DNA of 64,000 nt from Acidimicrobiales bacterium (GCA_027452005.1 DAIDHF010000003.1:38925-102924); one strand, 5' to 3'; positions 53,557 through 63,786 are shown, counted from the stretch's first letter. The notes: a model not told the origin generated them from the sequence alone. Made by a program: numbers and translations.

Positions 53557-54627
53557 GTGGGTGAGATAGGTGCAAGGGTGGAAGCGGGAGTAAGCCATGC
53601 ACCACCTCCTGAAAAGCTCAGAGAGTTTCTACGAGGTTCAATCACCCCGGCAGGTGCCGGGGCCAGCTATCCACGGGCCGACGCAAGGGACCGTGACCGC
53701 TTGCCGGGCGATACCTGGGCTGCCGCGTGTATTCCGGCGGGGGTAAGATTCGAGTTCTCCGGGTCCTTCACAGAGCTTGAGGTTGACTATGTAACCATGA
53801 CCGATGACTTGGGTTATCGAGGAGACGGAGCCGGGAGAAACTTCTCCCTTTGGAAAGACGGTGAGCTAGTTGCTGAACAGCTAGCTCAACTGGGAAGGGG
53901 AACGGTAGTGCTCAACGTGAGCACCAATAATAGTTCCGCCCCACGGTCGAGTGATAGGTGGATATTGTATCTCCCCGAGGGGATGAAGCCCACGGTCTAT
54001 GACATTAGGGCCAAACACGGCCAGCTTCACCCGAGAGGCAATCGCCGTGTCTGGTTGGCCTACGGAGACTCGGTGGCCGAGGGCTGGACGGCCTCACAAC
54101 CGGCTCGGTCTTGGCCAGCAATTGTTGGACGGGACCTTGACCTTGACATGGTCAACTGGGGGTATGCCGGGGCCGCCCGAGGCGAGATTGTTTCAGCCCA
54201 GCAAATCGCTGGTCTTGGCCACTATTGCGAGGGGCTTGATCTCATAACGGTGTCTCACGGAACAAACTGTTGGACCCGGATCCCATTTTCGAGAGAGCTC
54301 ATGGAGGTACAGACTCGACTCTATCTAGAGGTCTTACGCCAAGGTCACCCCGACGTACCAATCTTAGTTATCTCACCGGCTATCAGACCTGATGCAGAGA
54401 CCACCCCAAACATCTTTGGAGCTACCCTAGATGATCTTCGCCATGCCATGGAAGACGCCACCAATTCACTAATTGAAAGAGGTGACAAGAACCTATATCT
54501 CATGAGTGGTGCCGGGATGATTGAACCCGACGAACTGGCGGACGGAATTCACCCCAATGATCAAGGCCATCAAACAATGGCCTCAAAGATAGGAAATAAG
54601 ATCTCCATTATTCTCGGATTGAGATAA
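53557..54627 (+). CDS. SGNH/GDSL-family hydrolase with an N-terminal beta-sandwich-like domain
   Basis: Block I is VWLAYGDSVAEGW and block V is DGIHPNDQGH. The start is uncertain (GTG 53557 or 53578). Confidence 0.75.
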   Translation: MGEIGARVEAGVSHAPPPEKLREFLRGSITPAGAGASYPRADARDRDRLPGDTWAAACIPAGVRFEFSGSFTELEVDYVTMTDDLGYRGDGAGRNFSLWKDGELVAEQLAQLGRGTVVLNVSTNNSSAPRSSDRWILYLPEGMKPTVYDIRAKHGQLHPRGNRRVWLAYGDSVAEGWTASQPARSWPAIVGRDLDLDMVNWGYAGAARGEIVSAQQIAGLGHYCEGLDLITVSHGTNCWTRIPFSRELMEVQTRLYLEVLRQGHPDVPILVISPAIRPDAETTPNIFGATLDDLRHAMEDATNSLIERGDKNLYLMSGAGMIEPDELADGIHPNDQGHQTMASKIGNKISIILGLR

Positions 54628-54640
54628 AGGAGGACTTATC

Positions 54641-55558
54641 GTGTCTCGCCTTTCTCCAAGTACTGACCGGATTGTGACCCTGTTGAACTTCTTAGGGTCT
54701 CGTCCAGGGGAGTCCTTTAGTCTCTCGGAACTGGCCCGGCGATTAGACATGAACAAGTCCACGGCCTACTCGATTGTCAACACCCTGGCAGATGAGGGAT
54801 ACCTCCTCAAGAATCCGGTGACCAAAGATTACTGTCTCGGCCCGGCCCTAATTGGCCTTGGAGCAGCAGCTTCACGCCAGTTCGCCCCAGTAGACCATGC
54901 CAGAGAGGAGATGGCCAGGTTGGCAGAGGAACTCGGCGTTTTGTGTGTAGCAGGGGCGGTTGTGGGAGATGAAATAGTCATGCTGGCCTGTGCTGGCGAA
55001 CCAAAGCCTCTGGGAACAAGTATCTTCCCGGGCCAGAGACTTCCTCTGTCTCCCCCCCTGGGCACGGTGTACATGGCCTGGGCGTCTAGTGAGGAGATCG
55101 ATAACTGGCTTAGAAAGCTAGGTCCAGATGCTACCTCAGACCAGTTGGCCCGATTTCACGATGCCCTTTTAGAGGTGAGGCGACGAGGCTATGCAACCGG
55201 GCTGGAGGCCGTGGCCAAGCTAAAGTTGTCAAAGGCACTGGCTGAGTTGCCCGGGGACTCAACCAATATCGTCCGGGCCCAGATAAGGACCATCGTAGAA
55301 GGTCTCGTAGAGGAACTCACCCATGAAGAGGCTGTTCTGTCGGATATCTCGGGCCAGCCTTCTTACCAACTAAGTCACATTTCGGCTCCGGTTTTTGGGG
55401 CTGACGGTCGGGTAAAGCTGGCCTTAAACCTGATTGATCTGCCGCGACAACTAACCCCCGAAGAGGTGAAGAATTTTGCAGGTCGTCTTCTGGAAGCCTC
55501 AGATCGGGTCACGAGGTCGATCGGTGGGCGCAAACCTGTACGGGTTGAAGTTGCATGA
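54641..55558 (+). CDS. IclR-family transcriptional regulator
   Basis: The HTH is FSLSELARRLDMNKSTAYSIVNTLADEGYL, followed by an IclR effector domain. A strong RBS (aaggagga) is present. Confidence 0.88.
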   Translation: MSRLSPSTDRIVTLLNFLGSRPGESFSLSELARRLDMNKSTAYSIVNTLADEGYLLKNPVTKDYCLGPALIGLGAAASRQFAPVDHAREEMARLAEELGVLCVAGAVVGDEIVMLACAGEPKPLGTSIFPGQRLPLSPPLGTVYMAWASSEEIDNWLRKLGPDATSDQLARFHDALLEVRRRGYATGLEAVAKLKLSKALAELPGDSTNIVRAQIRTIVEGLVEELTHEEAVLSDISGQPSYQLSHISAPVFGADGRVKLALNLIDLPRQLTPEEVKNFAGRLLEASDRVTRSIGGRKPVRVEVA

Positions 55559-55599
55559 ACCTAGACACCAAGTAAATAAAAGCAAGGAGACCGTTGAAG

Positions 55600-56391
55600 G
55601 TGGAGAGTATTTTTGACCTGACCGATAAGGTCGCCCTGGTAACCGGGGCCGCCAGTGGGATAGGGAGGGCAAGTGCCAGCCTCTTGGCCGATCACGGTGC
55701 TCGGGTGGTGTGCTGCGATGTGGACGCTCGCGGTGCTAAGGAGACCCGAGACCAGATAGTGACTAGTGGTGGATTGGCCGCTGATATCGAGGTTGACGTG
55801 TCCCAATGCGATCAAGTTGCCCGTGCAGTTGAACTGGCTGTCTCTGAGTTCGGGAAATTGGACGTGATGTGTAATGTTGCTGGAATCATGCATAACTCGT
55901 CTGTAGTTGATACCAAGATTGAAGATTTGGACAGGGTCTTAGCAGTAAATCTAAAGGGGGTATTTTTTGGCTGTCAAAGTGCGGCTCGGGCAATGGTCAA
56001 GCAAAAGTCGGGAAGCATTATCAACATGGTCTCATCGGCGATTGACGCCCCGGCTCCTGGGATCGTGTGTTACGCAATGGCCAAGGCTGCCGTGGCTCAG
56101 CTAACTAAGACCCTGGCTGTAGAGATGGGCTCTAGTGGAGTCCGTGTCAACGCTGTTGCACCTGGATTCGTAATAACTGCCATGACATCTAGGCACTTTC
56201 AACTCGACGATGGCTCCTTGGACGAAGAAAGACGACAGGCCGTAGAGAGTGCTATGTCTAAGATGGCACCACTTCGACGAGTGGGGATGCCACAGGATAT
56301 TGCTAATGCAGTCGTATTTTTAGCCTCTGAGGCCTCAAGCTTTATAACAGGTCAGATACTCCGGGTAAACGGGGGAGTGTCGATGGTCTAG
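55600..56391 (+). CDS. Short-chain dehydrogenase/reductase (SDR)
   Basis: The motifs ALVTGAASGIGRA, NVAG, YAMAKAAV and GQILRVNGG are present. GTG 55600 is better spaced from the RBS aaggaga than TTG 55594. Confidence 0.88.
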   Translation: MESIFDLTDKVALVTGAASGIGRASASLLADHGARVVCCDVDARGAKETRDQIVTSGGLAADIEVDVSQCDQVARAVELAVSEFGKLDVMCNVAGIMHNSSVVDTKIEDLDRVLAVNLKGVFFGCQSAARAMVKQKSGSIINMVSSAIDAPAPGIVCYAMAKAAVAQLTKTLAVEMGSSGVRVNAVAPGFVITAMTSRHFQLDDGSLDEERRQAVESAMSKMAPLRRVGMPQDIANAVVFLASEASSFITGQILRVNGGVSMV

Positions 56392-56410
56392 GCGCTCGGG
56401 GGCTTAGATG

Positions 56411-56443
56411 GGCGACTGTAGTGGAGGGCACACTACAGTCGCC
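56411..56443 (+). terminator. Perfect 13-bp hairpin after the SDR gene (terminator-like, no U-tract)
   Basis: The hairpin is ggcgactgtagtg-gagggca-cactacagtcgcc, 20 nt after the stop at 56391. Confidence 0.5.
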
Positions 56444-56585
56444 ACAACATCCGCCGCTGCTTGGGACCTGCTTTAGGGGCCGAAGCCAGGTCCTTGCTGG
56501 CGGTATTAAAAGTATCGGTAAAACTACGAGGGAGTTTTAGCCAAAAATAAAAAGTTGTGCGTTTGTTGATAATTAGGAGAATGGG

Positions 56586-56906
56586 ATGTTTTTAGAGATT
56601 TCACGAGATGGAGCAGGTCCTCGACTTTCCCTTGAAGATGAAAACAACTTCAAGGCCTTTCACGTGACCGTTCCTGCCACTTGGTCACAAAAGGAAATTA
56701 CAGAGAACCTAGAGTCACTAGGTATCAGCTTTTTTCCTGGTTCTAGTACCGAGGTGTATGTTGCCAAGGAATCCGTCTTGGAGTTAGTCGGTAGCCGATC
56801 TAAAAGTTGGGACGAATCTTTTGAGGCCATGTGTAGTTATGCCCATTCAAAGGGTTGGACTTCTCCCGATGGTACCCAGATCAAGGCACACATCCAAAGT
56901 GCCTGA
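56586..56906 (+). CDS. Hypothetical protein (106 aa)
   Basis: A clean ORF with an RBS (aggaga) upstream. No motif was recognised. Confidence 0.45.
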   Translation: MFLEISRDGAGPRLSLEDENNFKAFHVTVPATWSQKEITENLESLGISFFPGSSTEVYVAKESVLELVGSRSKSWDESFEAMCSYAHSKGWTSPDGTQIKAHIQSA

Positions 56907-57133
56907 GGAATAATCGAAGCTCCGAGTTGGTCAAAATTCAAAGCCAATTCATAGAGCGCTCATCAGAGTTTGTAAAGTGTCGGCAGCTTTACGCCTGGAG
57001 TATAGGAGGACATGGTCCAGTGTCTAACGGCCAAGTTATCCCGAGTGCCAGCTGCGCCCGATAGTCCCTTGAGTTAGGTGAGTTTGAATTTTTCCGAGGC
57101 CTTTAGCGTGTGGTCTCCAACGGACGCGTAAAT

Positions 57134-57586
57134 TTATATCAACGTCCACCTAGGTAAGGTGAACTCGTCATTGAGCCTGTCAAAGCTAACCTTTACCCGG
57201 GCCCCGATTTCAACCTTGCCTGGGCTGAGTGAACCCAGGGTTGCACCCGGGCTATCTACGAGGTTGCCTACGAGTCTGATCAGCCGATCGTCGTCTAGGG
57301 CAACCACTATTACGTTGTAGGGAGAAACTTTTGCGTAGGCATCAAGTAGTGGGGGATGAGCAATTACGAACGACCAAATTGTTCCCGTTCCACACGACTC
57401 GACCCACTTGCAATCTAGGCTCCTACATTTAGGACACATCGGCCTTGGAGGAAAGCGCATTGCCTCGCAGTTAGCACAGGTCTGGATCAAGAGCTTGTGA
57501 GCTCGAGTTCCTTCCCAGAAGGCAACCGAGTCCTCGCTTACTACTGGAAGCAACCAACCATCTTGGGTAATCAGTTGGTCGTTCAT
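57134..57586 (-). CDS. DUF35-type Zn-ribbon/OB-fold protein (thiolase partner)
   Basis: The CANCEAMRFPPRPMCPKCRS zinc ribbon is followed by an OB-fold-length region. The gene lies downstream of a thiolase-like gene. Confidence 0.8.
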   Translation of the reverse strand: MNDQLITQDGWLLPVVSEDSVAFWEGTRAHKLLIQTCANCEAMRFPPRPMCPKCRSLDCKWVESCGTGTIWSFVIAHPPLLDAYAKVSPYNVIVVALDDDRLIRLVGNLVDSPGATLGSLSPGKVEIGARVKVSFDRLNDEFTLPRWTLI

Positions 57587-57706
57587 CGGTTGCGCCTTGG
57601 CGAAATCACTTTAGGTCTAGACATAATAACCTGCTTTTTTTGGTGGAATAAACCCTCGTGGGAGTTGCACACATTAGGTGTCTCCTGCAAAGCCCCCGAC
57701 AAGGTC

Positions 57707-58867
57707 CTAGTCACGTCTGAAAACGACGGCACTAGTTGGTACCCCCTCGCCTGAAGTGACTAGACATGACTTAGCCTGGGGAACCTGGGCGGTTGACGTA
57801 CCCCTCATCTGACGTACCCCTTCGTTTATTAGGTTAAATCCATGGACGTAGGCCTCCGAAAGGCCACCACCTGATGTATTTATAGGTAGTCTACCCCCCA
57901 GTTCAATGGCACCGTTTTCGGTGAAGGAGGCACCTTCGCCTTTCTTGCAGAATCCATATCCCTCGAGAGACAAAGGAATCAAGGTGGTAAAGGCGTCATA
58001 GATCTGGGCCACATCAATGTCATCTGGTTGAATCTCAGAGTTTTTCCAGAGTTGATTGGCACAGGCAAAGGCCGGACCCATCATTGGATCCTCACACCAG
58101 TAGTTGACCATGGTGTGTGACTCTTTCCGAAAACCTTGTCCAAATGAGTGTATAAAGACTGGAGGGTTCTTGCAGTCCTTTGCTCTTTCCGATGACACGA
58201 TGACAGCAGCAAGTGCCCCGTCAGTCTCAAGGCAGTTATCAAAGAGACATAGCGGCTCGGAGATCCAGCGAGAGTTCATGTAGTCGTCTCGGGTCATAGT
58301 TCGTTCATACATCATGGCCCTCGGATTCATGTTTGCGTGCTTTCTACAGGCCAAGGCCACGTTCGCCAGATGATCTCTGGTAGCCCCGAACTCGTACATA
58401 TAGCGTCTAGTCAGAATCCCGATTTCGTCAGCAGGTCTCAACAAGCCAAAGGGACGAGTCCACTCAAGGGGGGTTGGAAGTCCAACGTTCGCCGCCGACC
58501 AGGGTCTTGGCCCAGATCCTCTCTTTCGGGATCTCCAAGCAACTCCCACGTTGGCCTGACCGGTGGCAATAGCCATTGCGAGGTGTCCAATGGTTGCACA
58601 CCCTCCTCCTCCACCATAGGCGATCTGTGAGAAAAACGATATGTCGCCCATGCCTAGGTTTTTGGCGATTTCCACTTCAGCGGTGGTCTCCATTGTGTAC
58701 GAAGACAGTCCGTCAACCTCGCTGGGATCGATCCCGGCATCCTCCAGGGCATCTCTTATTACTTGAACAGCGAGCTTCTTCTCTGAACCTTCTAAATTTT
58801 TTGCAAACTTGGTTTCTGCAATGCCTACTATCGCGCAACGATCTTGAATGCTTACCTGACTTGACAT
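57707..58867 (-). CDS. Thiolase-like protein (SCP-x / lipid-transfer-protein Ltp type)
   Basis: The thiolase-fold length, the C-terminal NTSGGGLSEAYVHGFN block and the pairing with DUF35 support the call. Confidence 0.8.
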   Translation of the reverse strand: MSSQVSIQDRCAIVGIAETKFAKNLEGSEKKLAVQVIRDALEDAGIDPSEVDGLSSYTMETTAEVEIAKNLGMGDISFFSQIAYGGGGGCATIGHLAMAIATGQANVGVAWRSRKRGSGPRPWSAANVGLPTPLEWTRPFGLLRPADEIGILTRRYMYEFGATRDHLANVALACRKHANMNPRAMMYERTMTRDDYMNSRWISEPLCLFDNCLETDGALAAVIVSSERAKDCKNPPVFIHSFGQGFRKESHTMVNYWCEDPMMGPAFACANQLWKNSEIQPDDIDVAQIYDAFTTLIPLSLEGYGFCKKGEGASFTENGAIELGGRLPINTSGGGLSEAYVHGFNLINEGVRQMRGTSTAQVPQAKSCLVTSGEGVPTSAVVFRRD

Positions 58868-58991
58868 CCGGGTCCTTGAATAATTGTCTTTACTCCTAAT
58901 TGTTGTTGAGGCAACATCTTCAGGTCTCCGTCTATGGCAAATAATACCAGGCAGTTCAAGAGACCCATCACTTAGGTTACCTAAAAATGTG

Positions 58992-60668
58992 ATGGTGTGT
59001 CAGAATCTATTTGTGGAAGAGTTGGAGTTGTCTTCAATCGCCGCCGTTGGAGATATCCCCGGGGCACTCAGAGAGGCTGGCCGTGTCTTTGGCCACAAGC
59101 CGTGGATCTGTGACGTCCAAGGGATTCGTCCTGAGACCAGGATTACCTTTTCGGAGGGGTGCAATAGGGTATTGGAACTCGCCAAGGCGCTCGCCAGGAT
59201 TGGGCTGCAAGATGGCGATCGGTTCTGTGTATGGATGCCAAATATCCACGAGTGGATACTTACAGCCCTTGGAGGAATTGACTTGGGGGCGGTGTTGGTG
59301 CCGATCAACACCCGCTTCAAAGGCCCTGAGGCCGGATTTATTATCTCAAAGACCCGGGCAAAGGTGTTGTTTGTAGTAGACGAGTTTGCTGGGAATAACT
59401 ACCTAGATATGCTTTATAGAGAATTTGCCAGGGGTACCTGTGGAGACCTTAGAGATCTCGTCGTAGTTTCACTGGGTCATGACAGGCCAGATCTGCCTCA
59501 AAGTCTTGGACAAGTCAATATTCATTACTGGGATGATTTTGTGGCAATTGGAGGATCCGCAAATTGCTCTTCTAGCGACAATACAGTTGACCTGAGGGAA
59601 CCAGTTGGGACAAGAGGCGAGAGTATTGGAGATATCATCTTTACGTCGGGGACTACTGGGGAACCCAAGGGGGTCATGACCACCCAAAACCAGACACTGA
59701 GGGTCTTTGATGCCTGGTCCCAAGTGGTCGGCTTAGATGAGCAAGACAGGTATGCCATCGTGAACCCGTTCTTTCATACCTTTGGATACAAGGCCGGGAT
59801 TATTGCGTCTATTCTAACTGGTTGCTCGATCTATCCGGTGGCTTCATTTGACGTAGCTAGCCTGATATCTCTTATCTATTCAGAGAAGATTACGGTGTTG
59901 CCTGGGCCTCCAACCCTGTACTCCTCAATATTAGACGCGCTTGGCGGTGAAACCGACAAGATTAAGTCTTTGCGCTTAGCGGTTACTGGTGCTGCAGTAG
60001 TGCCCGTTGAGTTGGTTAGTAGAATGTCAAATGATCTTGGGCTTGAAACGGTTTTAACTGCGTACGGACTTACCGAGTCCACCGGTACGGTTACTATGTG
60101 CAGACGAGGAGACTCACCTGAAACCATTGCCAACACGTGTGGAAGGGCAATCCCCGGAACCCAGATCAAGATTATCGATCAAAGCGGAGCAGCTGTACCA
60201 ACCGGGGAATCCGGGGAAGTTTTGGTCAAGGGTTACAACGTCATGACTGGGTACTTTGAAAACGACGAACAAACAAGTCAGGCGATAGACGAAGACGGCT
60301 GGCTACATACAGGTGACGTTGGGTTTATGGATGACCGGGGATACCTCAAGATTACCGACCGAGTAAAAGACATGTTCATAGTTGGCGGATTCAATGCATA
60401 TCCGGCTGAGATAGAAAATATTCTGTGTAGTAATGAAAACATAAGCCAGGTGGCAGTCGTTGGAGTTCCCGACGACCGCTTGGGAGAAGTTGGTCGAGCT
60501 TTTGTTATTCTCAGGCCCGGTTGTAATTTGAGTGAGTCTGACTTGTTAGAGTGGTCAAGGCAAAATATGGCCAATTACAAGGTGCCACGATCCATCGTGT
60601 TTGTTGATTCACTTCCCATGAACGCTAGTGGCAAGGTTCTAAAAAATACCCTCAGAAATTGGTCATGA
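58992..60668 (+). CDS. Acyl-CoA synthetase (AMP-forming)
   Basis: The blocks IIFTSGTTGEPKGVMTT, YGLTESTG, GDVGFMDDRGYLKITDRVKD and a C-terminal ASGKV are present. The start is set at ATG 58992, because the longer ORF would abut the divergent thiolase gene. Confidence 0.85.
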   Translation: MVCQNLFVEELELSSIAAVGDIPGALREAGRVFGHKPWICDVQGIRPETRITFSEGCNRVLELAKALARIGLQDGDRFCVWMPNIHEWILTALGGIDLGAVLVPINTRFKGPEAGFIISKTRAKVLFVVDEFAGNNYLDMLYREFARGTCGDLRDLVVVSLGHDRPDLPQSLGQVNIHYWDDFVAIGGSANCSSSDNTVDLREPVGTRGESIGDIIFTSGTTGEPKGVMTTQNQTLRVFDAWSQVVGLDEQDRYAIVNPFFHTFGYKAGIIASILTGCSIYPVASFDVASLISLIYSEKITVLPGPPTLYSSILDALGGETDKIKSLRLAVTGAAVVPVELVSRMSNDLGLETVLTAYGLTESTGTVTMCRRGDSPETIANTCGRAIPGTQIKIIDQSGAAVPTGESGEVLVKGYNVMTGYFENDEQTSQAIDEDGWLHTGDVGFMDDRGYLKITDRVKDMFIVGGFNAYPAEIENILCSNENISQVAVVGVPDDRLGEVGRAFVILRPGCNLSESDLLEWSRQNMANYKVPRSIVFVDSLPMNASGKVLKNTLRNWS

Positions 60669-60761
60669 AGTCTCTGATTCGATAATAAATCACCCTCCTG
60701 CGAGTAGTTCAGTAGTGGTCAAGGAAATATTAGAACGGTGGAATAAAACAGGTGGCGGTGT

Positions 60762-61532
60762 TCAAGAACTCGAGAACATGATCACTATCGACATCAAGAT
60801 ACAGGCAACTCGCAGGGCCAATGCCCCGGCAATCTTGACCTGGACCCAATCAGCGACTGGTCCGGCTTCTTGGATCTTGTTCCGGATAATCCAGAGTCGG
60901 GCAGTCAAGATAAGTGGTGGAATCGGGCCGAGAATTGTAAGGCCAATCACCGCGTGCTGGTTTAGGACTTCGATCAACATCGCAACATAGATGATTACCA
61001 AGGCAAGGCCGGTGACCAAGTAGGTACTCCCAGACAGATCGATCTCCTGGTCGTCACCTGACGTTTCAGACCGTCCATCACGGGTCGCTGAGTTGTTAGC
61101 TTCGGTCACGTCCCCAAAGTTCCATAGCTGGTTTGCTCGGTTGGATTCCTCGGACTTCGTGTCACTTTGAACGATTTCCGGTACCAGACTTTCAATTAGT
61201 TTGGTCCCAAGTGAGGAGTGAAGAGTTTCTGGCTGTGCGGTTTGAACTACTAGATTACTGGGCTCTGACCAACTACCTGGTCTGGGTGCGGCCCATGTAG
61301 TCTTCTGAGAAAACTCAGATAGGTGCGCAACTTGGCTGACTTGATAGTTGGGGTGAAGTTCTGGTGGATACCACTGGTTGTCTGATGCCAGCCACCACCC
61401 GGTACTGGTGACTGACGTGCCAAACGCGGGGGATTCCGGGTGAAGTTCTGGTGGATACCACTGGTTGTCTGATGCCTGCCACCACCCGCTATCGTGTGAT
61501 GAGTTGGTCGGTACGTGAGGGCTGTCTAGCAA
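60762..61532 (-). CDS. Membrane protein with two N-terminal GWW.ASDNQWYPPELHP motifs (paralogue of the upstream gene)
   Basis: GWWQASDNQWYPPELHP and GWWLASDNQWYPPELHP are followed by a low-complexity linker and C-terminal hydrophobic helices. The only in-frame ATG (61739) overlaps the upstream gene by 175 nt, so TTG 61532 is proposed; the start is uncertain. Confidence 0.6.
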   Translation of the reverse strand: MLDSPHVPTNSSHDSGWWQASDNQWYPPELHPESPAFGTSVTSTGWWLASDNQWYPPELHPNYQVSQVAHLSEFSQKTTWAAPRPGSWSEPSNLVVQTAQPETLHSSLGTKLIESLVPEIVQSDTKSEESNRANQLWNFGDVTEANNSATRDGRSETSGDDQEIDLSGSTYLVTGLALVIIYVAMLIEVLNQHAVIGLTILGPIPPLILTARLWIIRNKIQEAGPVADWVQVKIAGALALRVACILMSIVIMFSSS

Positions 61533-61564
61533 ACTAGTAAGTCCAAGCCCTTCTTGCGCGTCGT

Positions 61565-62536
61565 CTAATTGACGACGTTTGAAAGCTGCTTTTGAAGGTT
61601 GCGCTCGATCTGGATCGGGTTGGTTGTTGTTGTGGTTGCCCCAGGGCCAATCGGCTGATTGGTGATTGGATTGATAAGTCTGACAATCTGATTGGAATTT
61701 CCGTTTCCTCCAAAGAGTCCAAAGGCCTGGCTTCCCCATACAATTGAGTTTCCGACGAACCCAAGTATCATAGCACCAAATGCGATATAAACGGCGGCTC
61801 TAAGCTGTCTTAGCCCACTAGGCGTCTCTTGTTGCCATCCGATGTTAGCCTGGGTCTGATGGAGCCGAGTCCGAAAAATCTTCAAGTACGTTCGAAAAAA
61901 CAAGAACGCAATTGTTCCTGGCGCACTAACAAAAAGAACATAGATATTGGTCCGTTCTCGGATGGCAAATATAAAGTATCCCAGGTACCAGGCACCTAAG
62001 ACCAAGGCCCCGGTTAGGTAGGTACTCGCCTTTTTCTCGGTCCTAAGACCTTTTCTGACACCCTTGCCTAGATTTTGCTCCCAGTCCCTGGTGAGCGTGG
62101 ATAATCCGGGCTCTGCGAACACAGAAATTCCCGACTCAAATCCAGGGGATCTAGGTGACGCAGATCGTGATTGGGGGGCCAGAAATTTTACTTGACCGCC
62201 CGGTTGACCTGTCCCGTTAAATTCCTGGTCCTGTTGATCGCCGTACGATACCCTGGACTGGAACGTGGAACTTGCGTTGTGATGAATTGCTCGGCTCGAC
62301 TGCAACGCTTCAAGGGGGTCTTGGGTTGTATTTTCAATAGCGTCCGTGGCCGATGTCGGGTCACCCTGGTGTGAAGTGGGCAGAGTTCTTTGATCGCCAG
62401 TGTCGGTGGTTTGAGGCCCGGGAACTGGCCCGGCCCAGCTAGGAGCTACATAATCTGGATGGGTCTCAGGTGGGTACCACCTACCGTCGGAGGCTATCCA
62501 CCATCCAGGTGCAGGTTGAGGAGCATTCCAAGTCAT
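61565..62536 (-). CDS. Membrane protein with an N-terminal GWWIASDGRWYPPETHP motif
   Basis: The N-terminus MTWNAPQPAPGWWIASDGRWYPPETHPDY is followed by a low-complexity linker and then 3-4 hydrophobic helices. Confidence 0.7.
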   Translation of the reverse strand: MTWNAPQPAPGWWIASDGRWYPPETHPDYVAPSWAGPVPGPQTTDTGDQRTLPTSHQGDPTSATDAIENTTQDPLEALQSSRAIHHNASSTFQSRVSYGDQQDQEFNGTGQPGGQVKFLAPQSRSASPRSPGFESGISVFAEPGLSTLTRDWEQNLGKGVRKGLRTEKKASTYLTGALVLGAWYLGYFIFAIRERTNIYVLFVSAPGTIAFLFFRTYLKIFRTRLHQTQANIGWQQETPSGLRQLRAAVYIAFGAMILGFVGNSIVWGSQAFGLFGGNGNSNQIVRLINPITNQPIGPGATTTTTNPIQIERNLQKQLSNVVN

Positions 62537-62619
62537 CTACGACCCATTATCTCACCAATTTAGCAAATCGGTGTCGCACTCAGGTCGAGTGTGGAAGGAG
62601 AACCCTCAAGTTTGCTAAG

Positions 62620-62642
62620 GTTTCTGACGAGCAGTCAGAAAC
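62620..62642. promoter_or_regulatory. Perfect 9-bp inverted repeat GTTTCTGAC-N5-GTCAGAAAC upstream of the ADH gene (operator candidate)
   Basis: Read directly from the sequence. It lies 22 nt upstream of ATG 62665, in a 128-bp divergent intergenic region. Confidence 0.5.
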
Positions 62643-62664
62643 AAGATTGAAGGAGATTTAGACC

Positions 62665-63759
62665 ATGAGGGCCATTGTTTATGACGGAAGTCACGCAGTA
62701 CTCCGAGACGATGTCGTCCTCAGAGAAGTTAAACCCCATGAGGTCAAGGTTCAGATCGCCGCAGCTGGGCTTTGCCACAGTGACGTGTCGGTAATGAACG
62801 GGACAATTGCTATGCCAACGCCTCTGGTCATGGGCCATGAGGGGGCAGGCGAGGTCTGCGAGGTGGGATCTGCGGTAAAGGCAATCAAGGTAGGCGACAG
62901 GGTGGTTATATCAACCGTGGCCAACTGTGGGAACTGTCCCAATTGCTCTCGGGGATTTCCAACCAGGTGCTACAAGAGTCTCGGGGCAATGTCACGGCCG
63001 TTTTCTATAGGGGACGAGGCAGTTTATAACTTTGCTGCTGCTTCAACCTTTTGTGAGTTTACCCTGGTCAGCGAGAATCAGGCAATAAAGATCGACGATG
63101 ACATTCCCCTAGAGTCTGCAGCAATCTCAGGGTGCGCAGTCATGACCGGGTTGGGGGCCGTTCTCAACCGGGCTCGCCTTAGTGTGGGTGAGACGGCCTG
63201 CGTGTTCGGGGTCGGTGGGGTCGGGCTCAACGTGATCCAGGGGTGCAAGATCTCAGGGGCCGAGAAGATTATTGCAATAGATACCGTTGCAGATAAAGAA
63301 AAGCTGGCTCGGCAGATGGGCGCCACCCACTTTGTAGATGCCTCAACACAAGATGCGATTGAAGAGGTTCGTAAGATTACCGGAGGGGTTAAGTTCGGTC
63401 CTCTAGCCATTGGAGGTGTCGACTGGTCCTTTGAGTGTACTGGAAACCCCAACGTACTTAGGGGTGCTGTTGAAGTTCTCGACTGGGGCGGTAACTGTGT
63501 TGTTGTAGGTATTCCGGCTCAAGGAACTGAAGTTTCCCTTGAGGTCAGGCATCTAGCTTACGTAGACCGGGGAGTATTGGGGTGTAGATACGGCCAGGCC
63601 CACCCGCATCGAGATATCCCGATGTACATGTCTATGTACAAGAACGGGACCCTAAAGCTCGATGAGCTGATCTCTGACTTTTACACGCTAAGTGAGTTCG
63701 ATAGAGCTGTTGGAGACCTTCACGACGGTTCGATCGCCAAGGCCGTGTTCCGACTTTAG
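62665..63759 (+). CDS. Zinc-dependent alcohol dehydrogenase (MDR superfamily)
   Basis: The blocks GLCHSDVSVMNG, GHEGAGEV, the structural-Zn region CGNCPNCSRGFPTRC and the cofactor loop VFGVGGVGLN are present. Confidence 0.88.
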   Translation: MRAIVYDGSHAVLRDDVVLREVKPHEVKVQIAAAGLCHSDVSVMNGTIAMPTPLVMGHEGAGEVCEVGSAVKAIKVGDRVVISTVANCGNCPNCSRGFPTRCYKSLGAMSRPFSIGDEAVYNFAAASTFCEFTLVSENQAIKIDDDIPLESAAISGCAVMTGLGAVLNRARLSVGETACVFGVGGVGLNVIQGCKISGAEKIIAIDTVADKEKLARQMGATHFVDASTQDAIEEVRKITGGVKFGPLAIGGVDWSFECTGNPNVLRGAVEVLDWGGNCVVVGIPAQGTEVSLEVRHLAYVDRGVLGCRYGQAHPHRDIPMYMSMYKNGTLKLDELISDFYTLSEFDRAVGDLHDGSIAKAVFRL

Positions 63760-63786
63760 ATTGTCCAACCAATAAGAGGAGTAGAA

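Noticed and set aside
60762-61739. The full-length 325-aa version of the second Trp-motif gene, starting at ATG 61739.
   Set aside because: It would overlap the upstream paralogue by 175 nt on the same strand. The overlapping part is Gln/Asn/Arg-rich and unlike the paralogue's N-terminus. A TTG at 61532 gives a product starting just before the first GWW motif, but this start is unproven.
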